Below the pieces are notes generated by a model that was given only the letters and a program-made list of their open reading frames with translations, was not told the origin of the DNA and did no database searches. Of a stretch of DNA of 64,000 nucleotides, positions 1 to 13,317 are shown piece by piece (position 1 is the first letter of the stretch; every line of letters starts with the position of its first letter). Source of the DNA: Methanocellales archaeon. GTDB taxonomy: Archaea; Halobacteriota; UBA148. The DNA lies in NCBI GenBank assembly GCA_028715985.1, contig JAQUQR010000001.1, positions 267,905-331,904 on the forward strand, in the 5' to 3' direction. The position numbers and the translations under genes were made by a program.

Positions 1-575
1 CCGTTCAGATCGCTGAGATTGCAGGGGTGGAGCCCATATCCCTAACACCCGCAAAGATCACAAGGGTTAAAGCGGTTGGAATGGGCGATCGTGTATGTGT
101 AGACACATGCTCGCTTTTGAGCAAGGGTGAAGGCATGCTGATAGGCTCACAGTCCAATGGCTTGTTCTTGGTTCATGGAGAAACCGAGGAAAGCCCGTAT
201 GTTTCGCCACGTCCTTTCCGCGTAAATGCCGGTGCAGTTCATGCCTACGTGTATGTGAGCGGCAAGACAAAATATCTGTCTGAACTGCAGAGCGGGGATG
301 ACGTAACTATCGTAGATCGCCAAGGACTGTCGAGAAAAGCGACGATAGGGCGGATAAAGATCGAGCGTAGGCCTCTAATGCTCGTTGAAGCACAGGTTAA
401 GGGTGATAACATCAAGACCACTCTTCAGAATGCAGAGACCATCAAGCTGGTGACCCAAGACGGAACTCCCAGAGCTGTCACAGAGCTGAAAGAGGGTGAC
501 GAAGTCCTGGTTCATTATGAGGAAGGCGGTAGACACTTTGGAATGAAGATCGAAGAGACAATCATTGAGAGATAG
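1..575 (+). CDS. aroB': 3-dehydroquinate synthase II (archaeal AroB'), 5'-truncated by window edge
   Basis: [35 protein letters not shown] motifs; first gene of aro cluster. Confidence 0.9.
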   Translation, partial: VQIAEIAGVEPISLTPAKITRVKAVGMGDRVCVDTCSLLSKGEGMLIGSQSNGLFLVHGETEESPYVSPRPFRVNAGAVHAYVYVSGKTKYLSELQSGDDVTIVDRQGLSRKATIGRIKIERRPLMLVEAQVKGDNIKTTLQNAETIKLVTQDGTPRAVTELKEGDEVLVHYEEGGRHFGMKIEETIIER

Positions 576-585
576 GAGTACATCT

Positions 586-1269
586 ATGCGCATAGGTGAT
601 GTCGAACTTGATACGCCAAAAATAGTCGGGGTGATCAATAGCATCGATGAAGTCGAGACGGCTGAAAAAGCCGGGGCAGACTTACTTGAGATCCGAATGG
701 ATTTACTCCGCAAGAATGAGGATGTGATAGGGTTCTTTGAAGACGTCACTGATGCCACATCTCTACCGATCATCGCGACCGATCGCCCGAAGAGTGAGGG
801 CGGGTCTTTTGTCGGTTCCGAAGTTCAAAGGATTTCAATGCTGATGTCCATTATGGAATATGCTGATGCAGTGGACATCGAGCTTAGGTCAGCAGAGAAG
901 GATGTTGTGGTAGAAGGAGCGAGAAAGAGAGAGAAGGTTGCAATCATCTCCTATCATGATTTCTCTGGAACGCCTCCTAAAGAAAAAATGTTGAGAATAT
1001 TGAAGGAGGCTCGTCAAATAGGCGATATTCCGAAGCTTGCTGTCATGGCTAACTCTCTCAGTGATGTCATCTCCTTGCTGGAAGTCACGCTTCAGGCGCA
1101 AAAGCCCTTTTGCACTATAGCGATGGGCTCTCTTGGAAAACATTCAAGAGTGATAGCACCGCTATACGGCTCTTCGTTGACCTATGGTCATGTCGTCGGC
1201 GAGGCAAAAGCACCAGGACAATTATCTGTAGGGGAGCTAAGAAATGTGCTTAATATCTTGGTGGGGTAG
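586..1269 (+). CDS. aroD: type I 3-dehydroquinate dehydratase
   Basis: EIRMD, ISYHDF, PKLAV, MGSLG, APGQ motifs. Confidence 0.92.
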   Translation: MRIGDVELDTPKIVGVINSIDEVETAEKAGADLLEIRMDLLRKNEDVIGFFEDVTDATSLPIIATDRPKSEGGSFVGSEVQRISMLMSIMEYADAVDIELRSAEKDVVVEGARKREKVAIISYHDFSGTPPKEKMLRILKEARQIGDIPKLAVMANSLSDVISLLEVTLQAQKPFCTIAMGSLGKHSRVIAPLYGSSLTYGHVVGEAKAPGQLSVGELRNVLNILVG

Positions 1270-2097
1270 ATGAAAAAGATATATGGGGTGATCGGAGACC
1301 CAATCGAGCACAGTCTATCGCCAATTATGCATAATGCAGCCTTTCAAAAATTGGGAATAAACGGGGTATACCATGCCTTTAGAGTTAGCTCGGAAAATGC
1401 GGCCAGTGCGATCTTGGGAGCAAAAGCGCTTGGTTTTGGTGGACTGAACGTAACAATACCTCTTAAGGAAAGGGCATTGGATGTGGTGGATGCTGATCCT
1501 ATTGCCAAAAAAATAGGTGCAGTTAACACCCTTGATTTTAAGGATGGAATACTTGGCTACAATACCGATGGTATCGGCGCAAAACGTGCTCTGGGGAAGC
1601 GCAACATCGATGTAGCGGATAAGGGCGTTTTAATCCTTGGCTCTGGCGGTGCAGCTAGGGCCATTGCATTTCAGTTCGCACAGGATGGGGCAACACTGGC
1701 CATCGCCAATCGAACTGTATCCAGGGCAGTTAGGCTCGCACAAGAGATCAGAGCTATAGGCGAAGGCGATGCAATCGGCATTGGTCTGGAGACCCTTCCA
1801 TCACTCCTAAAAAAAGTTGACATATTGGTCAACTCAACTTCGGTCGGGATGCCTCCTCGCACCGATGAAACGCTGGTGACTGCAGACCAGATGCACTCTG
1901 GTTTGGTCGTATTTGACGTTGTGTACAATCCCATCAAGACCAGATTGCTGAGGGAAGCCAAAAAGGCAGGTGCAATTACTATAGATGGGGTCGACATGCT
2001 TGTGCACCAAGGGGCGGAATCGTTCAAGATATGGACGTCCAGGAATGCGCCAATAGATGTGATGGGGGATGCTGTGAGATGTGCTCTAAAGCGTTGA
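1270..2097 (+). CDS. aroE: shikimate dehydrogenase
   Basis: HSLSPIMHN, NVTIPLKE, GAVNT, NTDG, GSGGAARA. Confidence 0.95.
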   Translation: MKKIYGVIGDPIEHSLSPIMHNAAFQKLGINGVYHAFRVSSENAASAILGAKALGFGGLNVTIPLKERALDVVDADPIAKKIGAVNTLDFKDGILGYNTDGIGAKRALGKRNIDVADKGVLILGSGGAARAIAFQFAQDGATLAIANRTVSRAVRLAQEIRAIGEGDAIGIGLETLPSLLKKVDILVNSTSVGMPPRTDETLVTADQMHSGLVVFDVVYNPIKTRLLREAKKAGAITIDGVDMLVHQGAESFKIWTSRNAPIDVMGDAVRCALKR

Positions 2098-3395
2098 TCA
2101 TCGGCGGGGCGGGAAACATGGGGCAGTGGTTTGCACGAACTCTCAAGAGACAGGACTATGCAGTCAGCATAGCGGACATCGATCCTCAGGCCCAAGAAGT
2201 GGCTAGTGAGCTTGGTATCGGTTTTGTAAAAGACGAAGACGTACCAAAAGCAGTTGTCGATTTTGACATCGTGCTGATCTCCGTACCGATAAATGTCACC
2301 GAAGAGGTGATAAGTAAAGTAGCACCCCACATGCGTCCCGGCAGCTTGCTCATGGACGTCACATCGGTCAAGAAAGGTCCTATGAAAGCGATGAGAAAGG
2401 CGCCAAAAGGCGTTGAGATAATAGGCACGCATCCAATGTTCGGTCCCACGATGTCAGAACCCTTAGGTCAGACCGTGATTCTGGTGGCGGTGGAAGGGCG
2501 GTGCGAGAATTGGCTCCCGAAGATCGTCGCCCTTTTTGAGGATGAGGGCGCACATGTGGAATTTCTTTCTGCTGAGGAGCATGACCAGATGATGGCAGTT
2601 GTCCAGGGATTAACCCATTTTGCATACATAGCTGTCGGTGCTACGATGGATGCCCTTGAGTTCGATCTCAACAAATCAAGGCGATTTATGAGTCCTGTGT
2701 ACGAAGTAATGGTCGACTTCGTGGGTAGGATTCTGGCTCAAAATCCCCACCTATATGCCATGATCCAGGCAAGTCCAGATGTGAAAAAAGTGCATGATGC
2801 CTTCATTACGCAGTGTTTAGAGCTGTCGAAGAGCGCTGAGTTTGGAGAAACTGAAAAATTTGTCAGATTGATGAGGAACGCCGCAAGTCACTTTGGCGAC
2901 ACCGAGTCCGCCTTAAGGAGGTCTGACAAGCTCGTTAACGCAAAAATAACAGAGCTTGAGACACTGGCCAACTCCATCGGAGAGGAAAGGGGGCTCAGGC
3001 ACATATATTCCGGTGTTGTGCATGTTGGTATCGTTAGGAAAGTTACACATCAGGAGGTTTTGCTGGAGAAGGGGGGAAAAAGGACGGAGCTGAAGATAGA
3101 GAACGTCAGTCTGCTTAGTGCAGATGAGCTTCTCCAGTGGAAGATGGATAACTTGGTGCACCATAGGAGGGACATATCTGTGGCTTTGTCGGAGAGCGTA
3201 AAGCCAGATATCATCGCTGGAATCCTGGGTGGCGTGGACGGCGTCATTTCAGTGGATCAAATCGACACCTATGGGATTAAAAAAGGTCATGTCAGCCTTA
3301 CCTACCGAATAACGATAAGGGGGGACAAAGACCCCAATGAGGTTCAACATAAGGTGGAAGAATTGTTAAAGGGAATTGGTGGGGAGATACGATAG
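2079..3395 (+). CDS. tyrA: prephenate dehydrogenase with C-terminal extension
   Basis: GGAGNMG Rossmann motif, DVTSVK, HPMFGP, HDQMMAVVQGLTH. Confidence 0.9.
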   Translation: MCSKALIIGGAGNMGQWFARTLKRQDYAVSIADIDPQAQEVASELGIGFVKDEDVPKAVVDFDIVLISVPINVTEEVISKVAPHMRPGSLLMDVTSVKKGPMKAMRKAPKGVEIIGTHPMFGPTMSEPLGQTVILVAVEGRCENWLPKIVALFEDEGAHVEFLSAEEHDQMMAVVQGLTHFAYIAVGATMDALEFDLNKSRRFMSPVYEVMVDFVGRILAQNPHLYAMIQASPDVKKVHDAFITQCLELSKSAEFGETEKFVRLMRNAASHFGDTESALRRSDKLVNAKITELETLANSIGEERGLRHIYSGVVHVGIVRKVTHQEVLLEKGGKRTELKIENVSLLSADELLQWKMDNLVHHRRDISVALSESVKPDIIAGILGGVDGVISVDQIDTYGIKKGHVSLTYRITIRGDKDPNEVQHKVEELLKGIGGEIR

Positions 3396-3455
3396 TTAGT
3401 TATCTATCAGTCGTATCAAATTATTTTCCACTAACAAAGCCTCAGGGGAAAAAAT

Positions 3456-3617
3456 ATGGATAAAGTAGACCGAATAATATCGGCAGCAGGTATCATTGGC
3501 GGCATCGGGCTTGGGATGTTGTTGGGAAGTGAATAAATATTCCGGGAACCTCTTTTGGGAGCTGGCTTAATATCGATATTCATTGTTGTTCTGGGTGTAC
3601 TGTCCTACCCAAAGTAA
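3456..3617 (+). pseudogene. small membrane protein, disrupted
   Basis: MDKVDRIISAAGIIGGIGLGMLLGSE* then continues in another frame as a second hydrophobic helix (LLGAGLISIFIVVLGVLS). Confidence 0.45.
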
Positions 3618-3848
3618 GAAGAAGTTAGGGGAATAGAATAAATAAAAGGCTAATTAAAGGGATAGTGGGCGCCAGATTCAATTAAAATAGGCTATGCTTA
3701 AATTTCGCTTGGTGCGTCTTTGACAATCAAGTAATGAATTAACTCAGGGTTAAACGAATAAAAAGTGCGTTTGATAATAGTTATGTACAATCTTACTCGG
3801 AGCCTTTTTATACAAAAGAATTAAATACTTTATAACTAATCTAATATC

Positions 3849-4121
3849 ATGAATCCCCCATATATTATAATTTTAATATTAGCCTTGTTAATACTTTTGA
3901 TTGTAGTCTATTTTGTGATAGGTAAAAAGAGACATTTAAAAGATAATCCATGGAAAAACCTAAATAATGTTCAATTTATAGCGGGAATTTGTATTGCGCT
4001 AATTGGGGCTGGAATAATGTTTCATGGAAATGTCTTTGGAGAACGGAACTCAGGCATTGCCACAATTATAGGAATAATTGGTATAGGATTGATCGCTACA
4101 TCTTTTAGAATGCCAAAATGA
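3849..4121 (+). CDS. hypothetical 3-TM membrane protein (putative gene cassette)
   Basis: 90 aa with three hydrophobic segments; preceded by GTTATGT core at 3780. Confidence 0.65.
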   Translation: MNPPYIIILILALLILLIVVYFVIGKKRHLKDNPWKNLNNVQFIAGICIALIGAGIMFHGNVFGERNSGIATIIGIIGIGLIATSFRMPK

Positions 4122-4339
4122 AAAAGGCTCCTGCATCATACTGTCGGTCGCTTCGCTCAGAAACTTCTCATAAGCCGATACTTTATGTTCAATTCGGTCT
4201 CCTTTAAGTGGAATTCACCAGAAACGTTTATTAATGGGTTTGTATTCGAAAACTCAGTATGAGTATCAATCACGACGCATCCGTGAAAAAGAAAGGAAAA
4301 TCAAAACCAAAGGACTATCTGGCGCGCAACTCACGCTAT

Positions 4340-4648
4340 CACAGAAAGTTCGCGATCATGGTGGCAAAAAGTCCTCCCTATTTTTGAAAAAGAACGTCCA
4401 GATGATGATCGCCCGCGTAAAGCGATACAAGCGATCAGGGCTTGGGCGCAGGGAAAGCGGGAGCTGGGGTGCGGAAACTCTCGCTTGACTCGCATGCGGC
4501 TGCACGCGAATCTAAATCGGACGCAGCAAGATTCGCGGCTCGCGCAGCCGGACATGCCGTCGCAACTTGGCATGTGCCGACTCATGCCATGGGCGCGCCC
4601 ATATATGCTTGCAAAGCTATTGTCGCGAGCAAAGACAAAATACCCTAA
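4340..4648 (+). pseudogene. Imm5-like putative immunity protein fragment
   Basis: AARFAARAAGHAVATWHVPTHAMGAPIYA resembles the Imm-5-like family; N-part (PDDDRPRKAIQA) is in another frame; stop lies inside CCCTAAC. Confidence 0.55.
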
Positions 4649-4768
4649 CGAGGTAGGCTGAAAAAAATGCGGGCCGTGTTATGTCAGGCCTTTGCTAGGG
4701 AAGAACAAAGAAGTAAAGTCAGCTAGAACTCAAAAGGAAAGTTGCACTAAATTTTTGTCCTTCGGAGG

Positions 4769-4852
4769 ATATAACGCGCATTAATCTCAGTTGCACCCCG
4801 TTGCGTCCAAATATGCCCCGCTACGCTCTGCGGTTAATGCGATATGTTAGTT
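4769..4852 (+). other. attC-like recombination site
   Basis: ATATAAC ... CGCATTAA ... TTAATGCG ... GTTAGTT imperfect inverted repeat, 84 bp. Confidence 0.65.
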
Positions 4853-4950
4853 GCTATTCGCTGCGAAAAACGAACTGAGGTCCTGCTACTCACTTTCGAT
4901 ACGATACAAAAAACATTTATCAATGTTAATACAACTAAAATAAAATAAAT

Positions 4951-5835
4951 ATGATTCAAAGAGATGTATTACAAAAGAGATTCAGGATTTTCATCTTGCT
5001 ATCTTTATTTATTTTGTTGATGGAGGTAGCGGGAGGTGTATTTACAAACAGCTTGGCATTGTTAAGTGATGCCGGGCACGTTCTCCTTGATTTACTGGCC
5101 CTTCTATTGGCTTATTTTTCAATACGGCTTTCGCAAAAGGTCGCGACCAAAAAATTTACATTTGGATTTTATAGGGCAGAAATCCTGATAGCAACTATAA
5201 ACGGTGCTATGCTCCTTTTTGTTACCCTCTATATTTTTTATGAATCTTATATTCGATTTTTGTCTCCTCAGCCGATAAGAGGGCCTGAAATGCTTATAAT
5301 TTCGGCTGTTGGGTTTTTAGCTAATTTATATGTTGTAGTAAAAATGCAGGGCTATGAAAAACAAAATCTGAATGTAAGGGGAGCGTATCTTCATGTATTG
5401 AGCGATACTCTGTCATCGGTAGGTGTTGTCATTGCAAGCATATTGATTGTCATTACAGGCAATTATGTTTTTGATCCCATAATAAGTGCAGTAATAGGGT
5501 TATTTATTTTAACAGGCTCTCTGCGATTGATAAGGGAATCTGCCCATATACTCATGGAAGCAACGCCCAAGAACATTGACTTAGAGAAATTGTCGAGAGA
5601 CATCCAAAAAATAAATGGTGTTAAAGAAATTCACGACCTGCATGTTTGGAGCATATCCTCAGATGTATACGCGCTTAGTTCTCATGTCTTGATAGATGCA
5701 GACAACATAAAATCCATGAACAAGATAGTTTCTAACATAAATGAGATGGTTAAATCAAAATATAACATAACCCATACTACGATACAATCTGAATGTGAGA
5801 CTTGTGTTGATGGCGACAATAAGCACGATCATTGA
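4951..5835 (+). CDS. cation diffusion facilitator (Zn/Co/Cd efflux, CzcD/ZitB family)
   Basis: SLALLSDAGH, TFGFYRAE, LHVLSD, HDLHVW, HTTIQ. Confidence 0.92.
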   Translation: MIQRDVLQKRFRIFILLSLFILLMEVAGGVFTNSLALLSDAGHVLLDLLALLLAYFSIRLSQKVATKKFTFGFYRAEILIATINGAMLLFVTLYIFYESYIRFLSPQPIRGPEMLIISAVGFLANLYVVVKMQGYEKQNLNVRGAYLHVLSDTLSSVGVVIASILIVITGNYVFDPIISAVIGLFILTGSLRLIRESAHILMEATPKNIDLEKLSRDIQKINGVKEIHDLHVWSISSDVYALSSHVLIDADNIKSMNKIVSNINEMVKSKYNITHTTIQSECETCVDGDNKHDH

Positions 5836-5917
5836 TTACTTTTAAGGCAGGGCTTCCAACGCAACTTTTATTAGAAAATTATTTAAATAACCTAAATTAC
5901 GATTAGTCACACGGAAA

Positions 5918-6223
5918 ATGGAACAAAAATTTAATGCAATTACAATTATATTATTAATAATGCTTGTTATTAGACTTATCGTCCAGGTAATTCTATCTTT
6001 TAACAATTTGATTTCCCTTTCATTCGCTGCTTTATACCTTGCTGCTGTGGTAGGTGTGGTTTTGAAGCAAAAAAGTGGCTCAATATTGGCAGGAGTCATT
6101 GTAATAATTGATATACTTGCATCAGCGATATTTACAACTGGAGCGTATGCCTTTGGGGCAGTTTCCTATGATTTAATCTTGGGATTTTTGGCATATAAGG
6201 AATTTAAGCAGATTTCTGATTGA
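5918..6223 (+). CDS. hypothetical membrane protein
   Basis: 101 aa, about 4 hydrophobic helices; followed by attC-like left half GTATAACAGCGGATAA at 6243. Confidence 0.65.
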   Translation: MEQKFNAITIILLIMLVIRLIVQVILSFNNLISLSFAALYLAAVVGVVLKQKSGSILAGVIVIIDILASAIFTTGAYAFGAVSYDLILGFLAYKEFKQISD

Positions 6224-6343
6224 TTTTTGTTTGAGGTGTATTGTATAACAGCGGATAAATAGAGTTCAAGGTCGATTAATTGATTTTGGGGGTATTATTT
6301 GAAAACACCAGAGATTCGAACGAAAAAGTGCTTTTAATTGGAT

Positions 6344-6919
6344 TTATGCTGTAATTTCAGAAGAAATTATTTCTTGTATTTGAAACCAATAGGTCAACAA
6401 TTCCTTTTCTTTCTTTTCGTAATCGGGAAATTTCTTGGAAATTGTTTTCCAGAAGTGTTCATTGTGCCTTTTTTCTTTTAAGTGTATTAGTTCATGATAG
6501 ACGATGTAGTCGATCATTTTTTGGGGGAGGTATCTCATTAGTGTGTTGAATGTCATATTTTTCTTACTACTACAGCTTCCCCAATTTGAATTCATTTTTC
6601 GGAAATATATGTGATTTATATGAAAATCGCCTTCTTCAGAATAGTTACTCGCTATCGAGTTCACAAGTTGTTTGAATTTATCCTCTGATCTCTCCACGAG
6701 ATTTTTCTTTTTTGAATCCCTGAGTGCAGCCTGAATTATCCGGTTTTTTTCATGAATCCAGTCTTTGTGTTTTTCAATAATTTCAGCAGGGTTTTTTTGG
6801 TGTTCGGGTAAAACAAGGAGCAATCTACCTGTCTTGAATTCCAGTCGAGGATACTTTACCCTTCTCCTGGCTACAGTGTATTCAATTTTTGTATCATTTA
6901 GGCTATGCTTTTTGGCCAT
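6344..6919 (-). CDS. YgjP/DUF45-like (M48/SprT) metalloprotease typically following hsdR
   Basis: WGSCS, DYIVYHELIHLKEKRH (HExxH...H), HFW motifs. Confidence 0.88.
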   Translation of the reverse strand: MAKKHSLNDTKIEYTVARRRVKYPRLEFKTGRLLLVLPEHQKNPAEIIEKHKDWIHEKNRIIQAALRDSKKKNLVERSEDKFKQLVNSIASNYSEEGDFHINHIYFRKMNSNWGSCSSKKNMTFNTLMRYLPQKMIDYIVYHELIHLKEKRHNEHFWKTISKKFPDYEKKEKELLTYWFQIQEIISSEITA

Positions 6920-6986
6920 AATTTTTAATCTTCTCTATAAGGTCGTAGTATATCGCGTCTAAATCCTCTATCCTTAGTTTGTTTTT
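6903..6986 (-). pseudogene. probable 3' remnant of type I R-M hsdR
   Basis: KNKLRIEDLDAIYYDLIEKIKNYGQKA* overlaps the start of the YgjP-like gene, as hsdR tails do; inferred from context. Confidence 0.4.
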
Positions 6987-6998
6987 TCACAAATCTTC

Positions 6999-7477
6999 TT
7001 ACATATCTTCGTAGTTCCCTCTCAAAATTCCGCGGTATTTTTTTATTTGCTGGTTGGTGAGTTTCTCGTTGCAGTCCAGTAGGGTTGCGTTGAATGTTTC
7101 GGCTTTGTGTATCAGTGCTTGGGTTTCGTTTCTGGTGATCGTAAAATCGACATAATATTGCTTGTCTACGCGTTCTTTTTTGGCGTCCATTAAGGGCGTG
7201 TTGTCGATTCCATAGAGTTCTTTGAGAAGGACTATTGTTGCAGTGTGGTTTTCGCTTTTTACGCCTGTCCTGTGCAGAAGTGCTAGGGCAGCATAATACA
7301 TGCTGTAGTAGCTCATGCTTACGGATTCCTCGAGTTTGTCGTGTTCAAGAAGTAGTTTGGCTGATGAGAGGTAGCTTCGGCTTTTATCGATGTATGCGTT
7401 TTTTTATGGCATCGCTTGCTCATCCAAGCGGAGTTTCCCTTCCTTGGCCAGTTTATTGAAGAATCTTGTTTTTTCAT
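6999..7477 (-). pseudogene. HEPN-domain toxin, 5' end frameshifted
   Basis: SYYSMYYAALALL, ENH, ERVDKQY (Rx4Y variant); N-terminal part split over frames around A7 run at 7399-7405. Confidence 0.7.
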
Positions 7478-8006
7478 AGTACTCCTCGACTCCCTTGATC
7501 AGGACGTGGTTTTTCATTATCTCCTGTATGAGGGGGTTTTGGGCGTTCCATCCTCCGATTTTCACGCTCAGGCGGGTATTTATTTGCTCGAGTTGTTTTT
7601 TCAGTTCAGGGTCTTGCGTTTCAATGTAGACATCTATGTCGCTTTCAGGGGTTGCCGTGTTTTTCGCGTGGCTTCCGTAGAGCACTGCCAGTTTTATGTC
7701 TGGGTTTTTCTGGATTTCCTGCATTATGCCCCTCAAATGCGGGTATGTGGCGAGGGTTTCTCCCAATTTGTAGTGCTCCGCCATGACTGCAGCGTTTTTT
7801 GTCTCTAAGGTGTCTTTGAGGCGGTAGGTCTTATTTTTGCCGTCCTGCGTGTAGTCTACGACATTGTCTTCCAGGAGTTTTTGTAGCCTGCGGTTTACGG
7901 TAGCATGGCTGGCGTCAAGTCTTCTCGCAAGCTCCCTACTATGGCATCCACCCCTGAGCAACTCCAAAACGATCCTATTGGTCAATTCATGTTCCACATG
8001 TATCAT
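7404..8006 (-). CDS. HTH-fused minimal nucleotidyltransferase (MNT antitoxin)
   Basis: N-terminal wHTH; LYGSHAK...ESDIDV catalytic motif. Confidence 0.85.
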   Translation of the reverse strand: MIHVEHELTNRIVLELLRGGCHSRELARRLDASHATVNRRLQKLLEDNVVDYTQDGKNKTYRLKDTLETKNAAVMAEHYKLGETLATYPHLRGIMQEIQKNPDIKLAVLYGSHAKNTATPESDIDVYIETQDPELKKQLEQINTRLSVKIGGWNAQNPLIQEIMKNHVLIKGVEEYYEKTRFFNKLAKEGKLRLDEQAMP

Positions 8007-8025
8007 ATTTGAACCAGCCTATATA

Positions 8026-8130
8026 TTAACTCTCCTTAACCCGCATCCTCCTGGTCAACAAGTCGTCCATCAAGCCCTTCTTGATCCTTTCCAGCGCCGT
8101 TCGCGCTCCAGCCCAAGTTTATGGTCTTAT
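8026..8130 (-). pseudogene. 3' remnant of type I R-M specificity subunit hsdS
   Basis: LERIKKGLMDDLLTRRMRVK* matches the typical HsdS C-terminus (KKGLMxDLLTGxxRV). Confidence 0.7.
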
Positions 8131-8273
8131 CTATAATTTAGGTATCTCCAATCTATTATGATAATTATAAACGGACAACGCTCTAAGGAGTCCTCGTTAA
8201 ATTTTTTTCGCGCAAAAATACTTGGTAAAATTTATATAAATCATTTTGTTTAATGTTTTATGGGTGATGTATC

Positions 8274-8456
8274 ATGGCAAAAGAAATTCACGAAGGTGGC
8301 CCTTCGGGTGCCATCTATGGCTTGGGTTTTATCGGTGCGGCAGTGTATTTTATCGGGCAGGCAACGACATTTTGGATGGGCGTGCTCGGACTTTTGAAAG
8401 CAATCGTTTGGCCGGCTTTTCTGGTCTATGCCTTGCTTAAATACCTGGGTGTCTAG
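8274..8456 (+). CDS. small membrane protein
   Basis: GAIYGLGFIGAAVYFI...FWMGVLGLLKAIVWPAFLVY; RBS GGTGA upstream. Confidence 0.75.
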   Translation: MAKEIHEGGPSGAIYGLGFIGAAVYFIGQATTFWMGVLGLLKAIVWPAFLVYALLKYLGV

Positions 8457-8458
8457 TC

Positions 8459-8776
8459 ATGGCTGAAAACAATACGAGATATCCCGAAGGCCATTTTGTA
8501 GGAAAGTGGATGGCAATAGGCATTGTCATCTTTTCAGTATTTGGGGTTCCCATCAGCATTGTCTCTGGAAACCCGGGATTAATTGCGATAGGGCCTGCAG
8601 TGGGTGTTGCTTTTGGGCTGGCAATCGGCTCTTCAATTGAATCCAAATATAAAAAAGAGGGGAAAATAAGGCCCCTCACAGAAGATGAAAAAAAGCAAAG
8701 AAAAATGCTATTGATCGCAGGCATAGCACTTTTCCTACTGGGACTTGCAATATTTCTTTTACGATTGTTTTCATAA
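8459..8776 (+). CDS. hypothetical membrane protein
   Basis: 3 TM segments, GKIRPLTEDEK linker; adjacent to previous gene. Confidence 0.75.
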   Translation: MAENNTRYPEGHFVGKWMAIGIVIFSVFGVPISIVSGNPGLIAIGPAVGVAFGLAIGSSIESKYKKEGKIRPLTEDEKKQRKMLLIAGIALFLLGLAIFLLRLFS

Positions 8777-8847
8777 TTGCTATTGAAAGTGCAAAACTAA
8801 ACATAACATAAAAGGAAAATGGAAATAAACCAAGATCTCTAAAAAAC

Positions 8848-13126
<4,279 letters not shown>

Positions 13127-13317
13127 TTACTTTTCCTCTGCTTTACTCTACCCTAAAATCTCAGAAAACTCTAAGAAGACCAGTTTTATGCCCCTAATGC
13201 ATATTGCTAGCACGGAATTTAAGCCTATCGGTTTATAAAAATCGCTTACGATGAGTGCTATTGACCTTAAAATATGATACAAAATTTTTGGATATATCTA
13301 TATATGAATATATACTT

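Noticed and set aside
8173-8202. attC site GGACAAC...GTTAAAT
   Set aside because: Only 30 bp, too short for a functional attC; at most a collapsed remnant.
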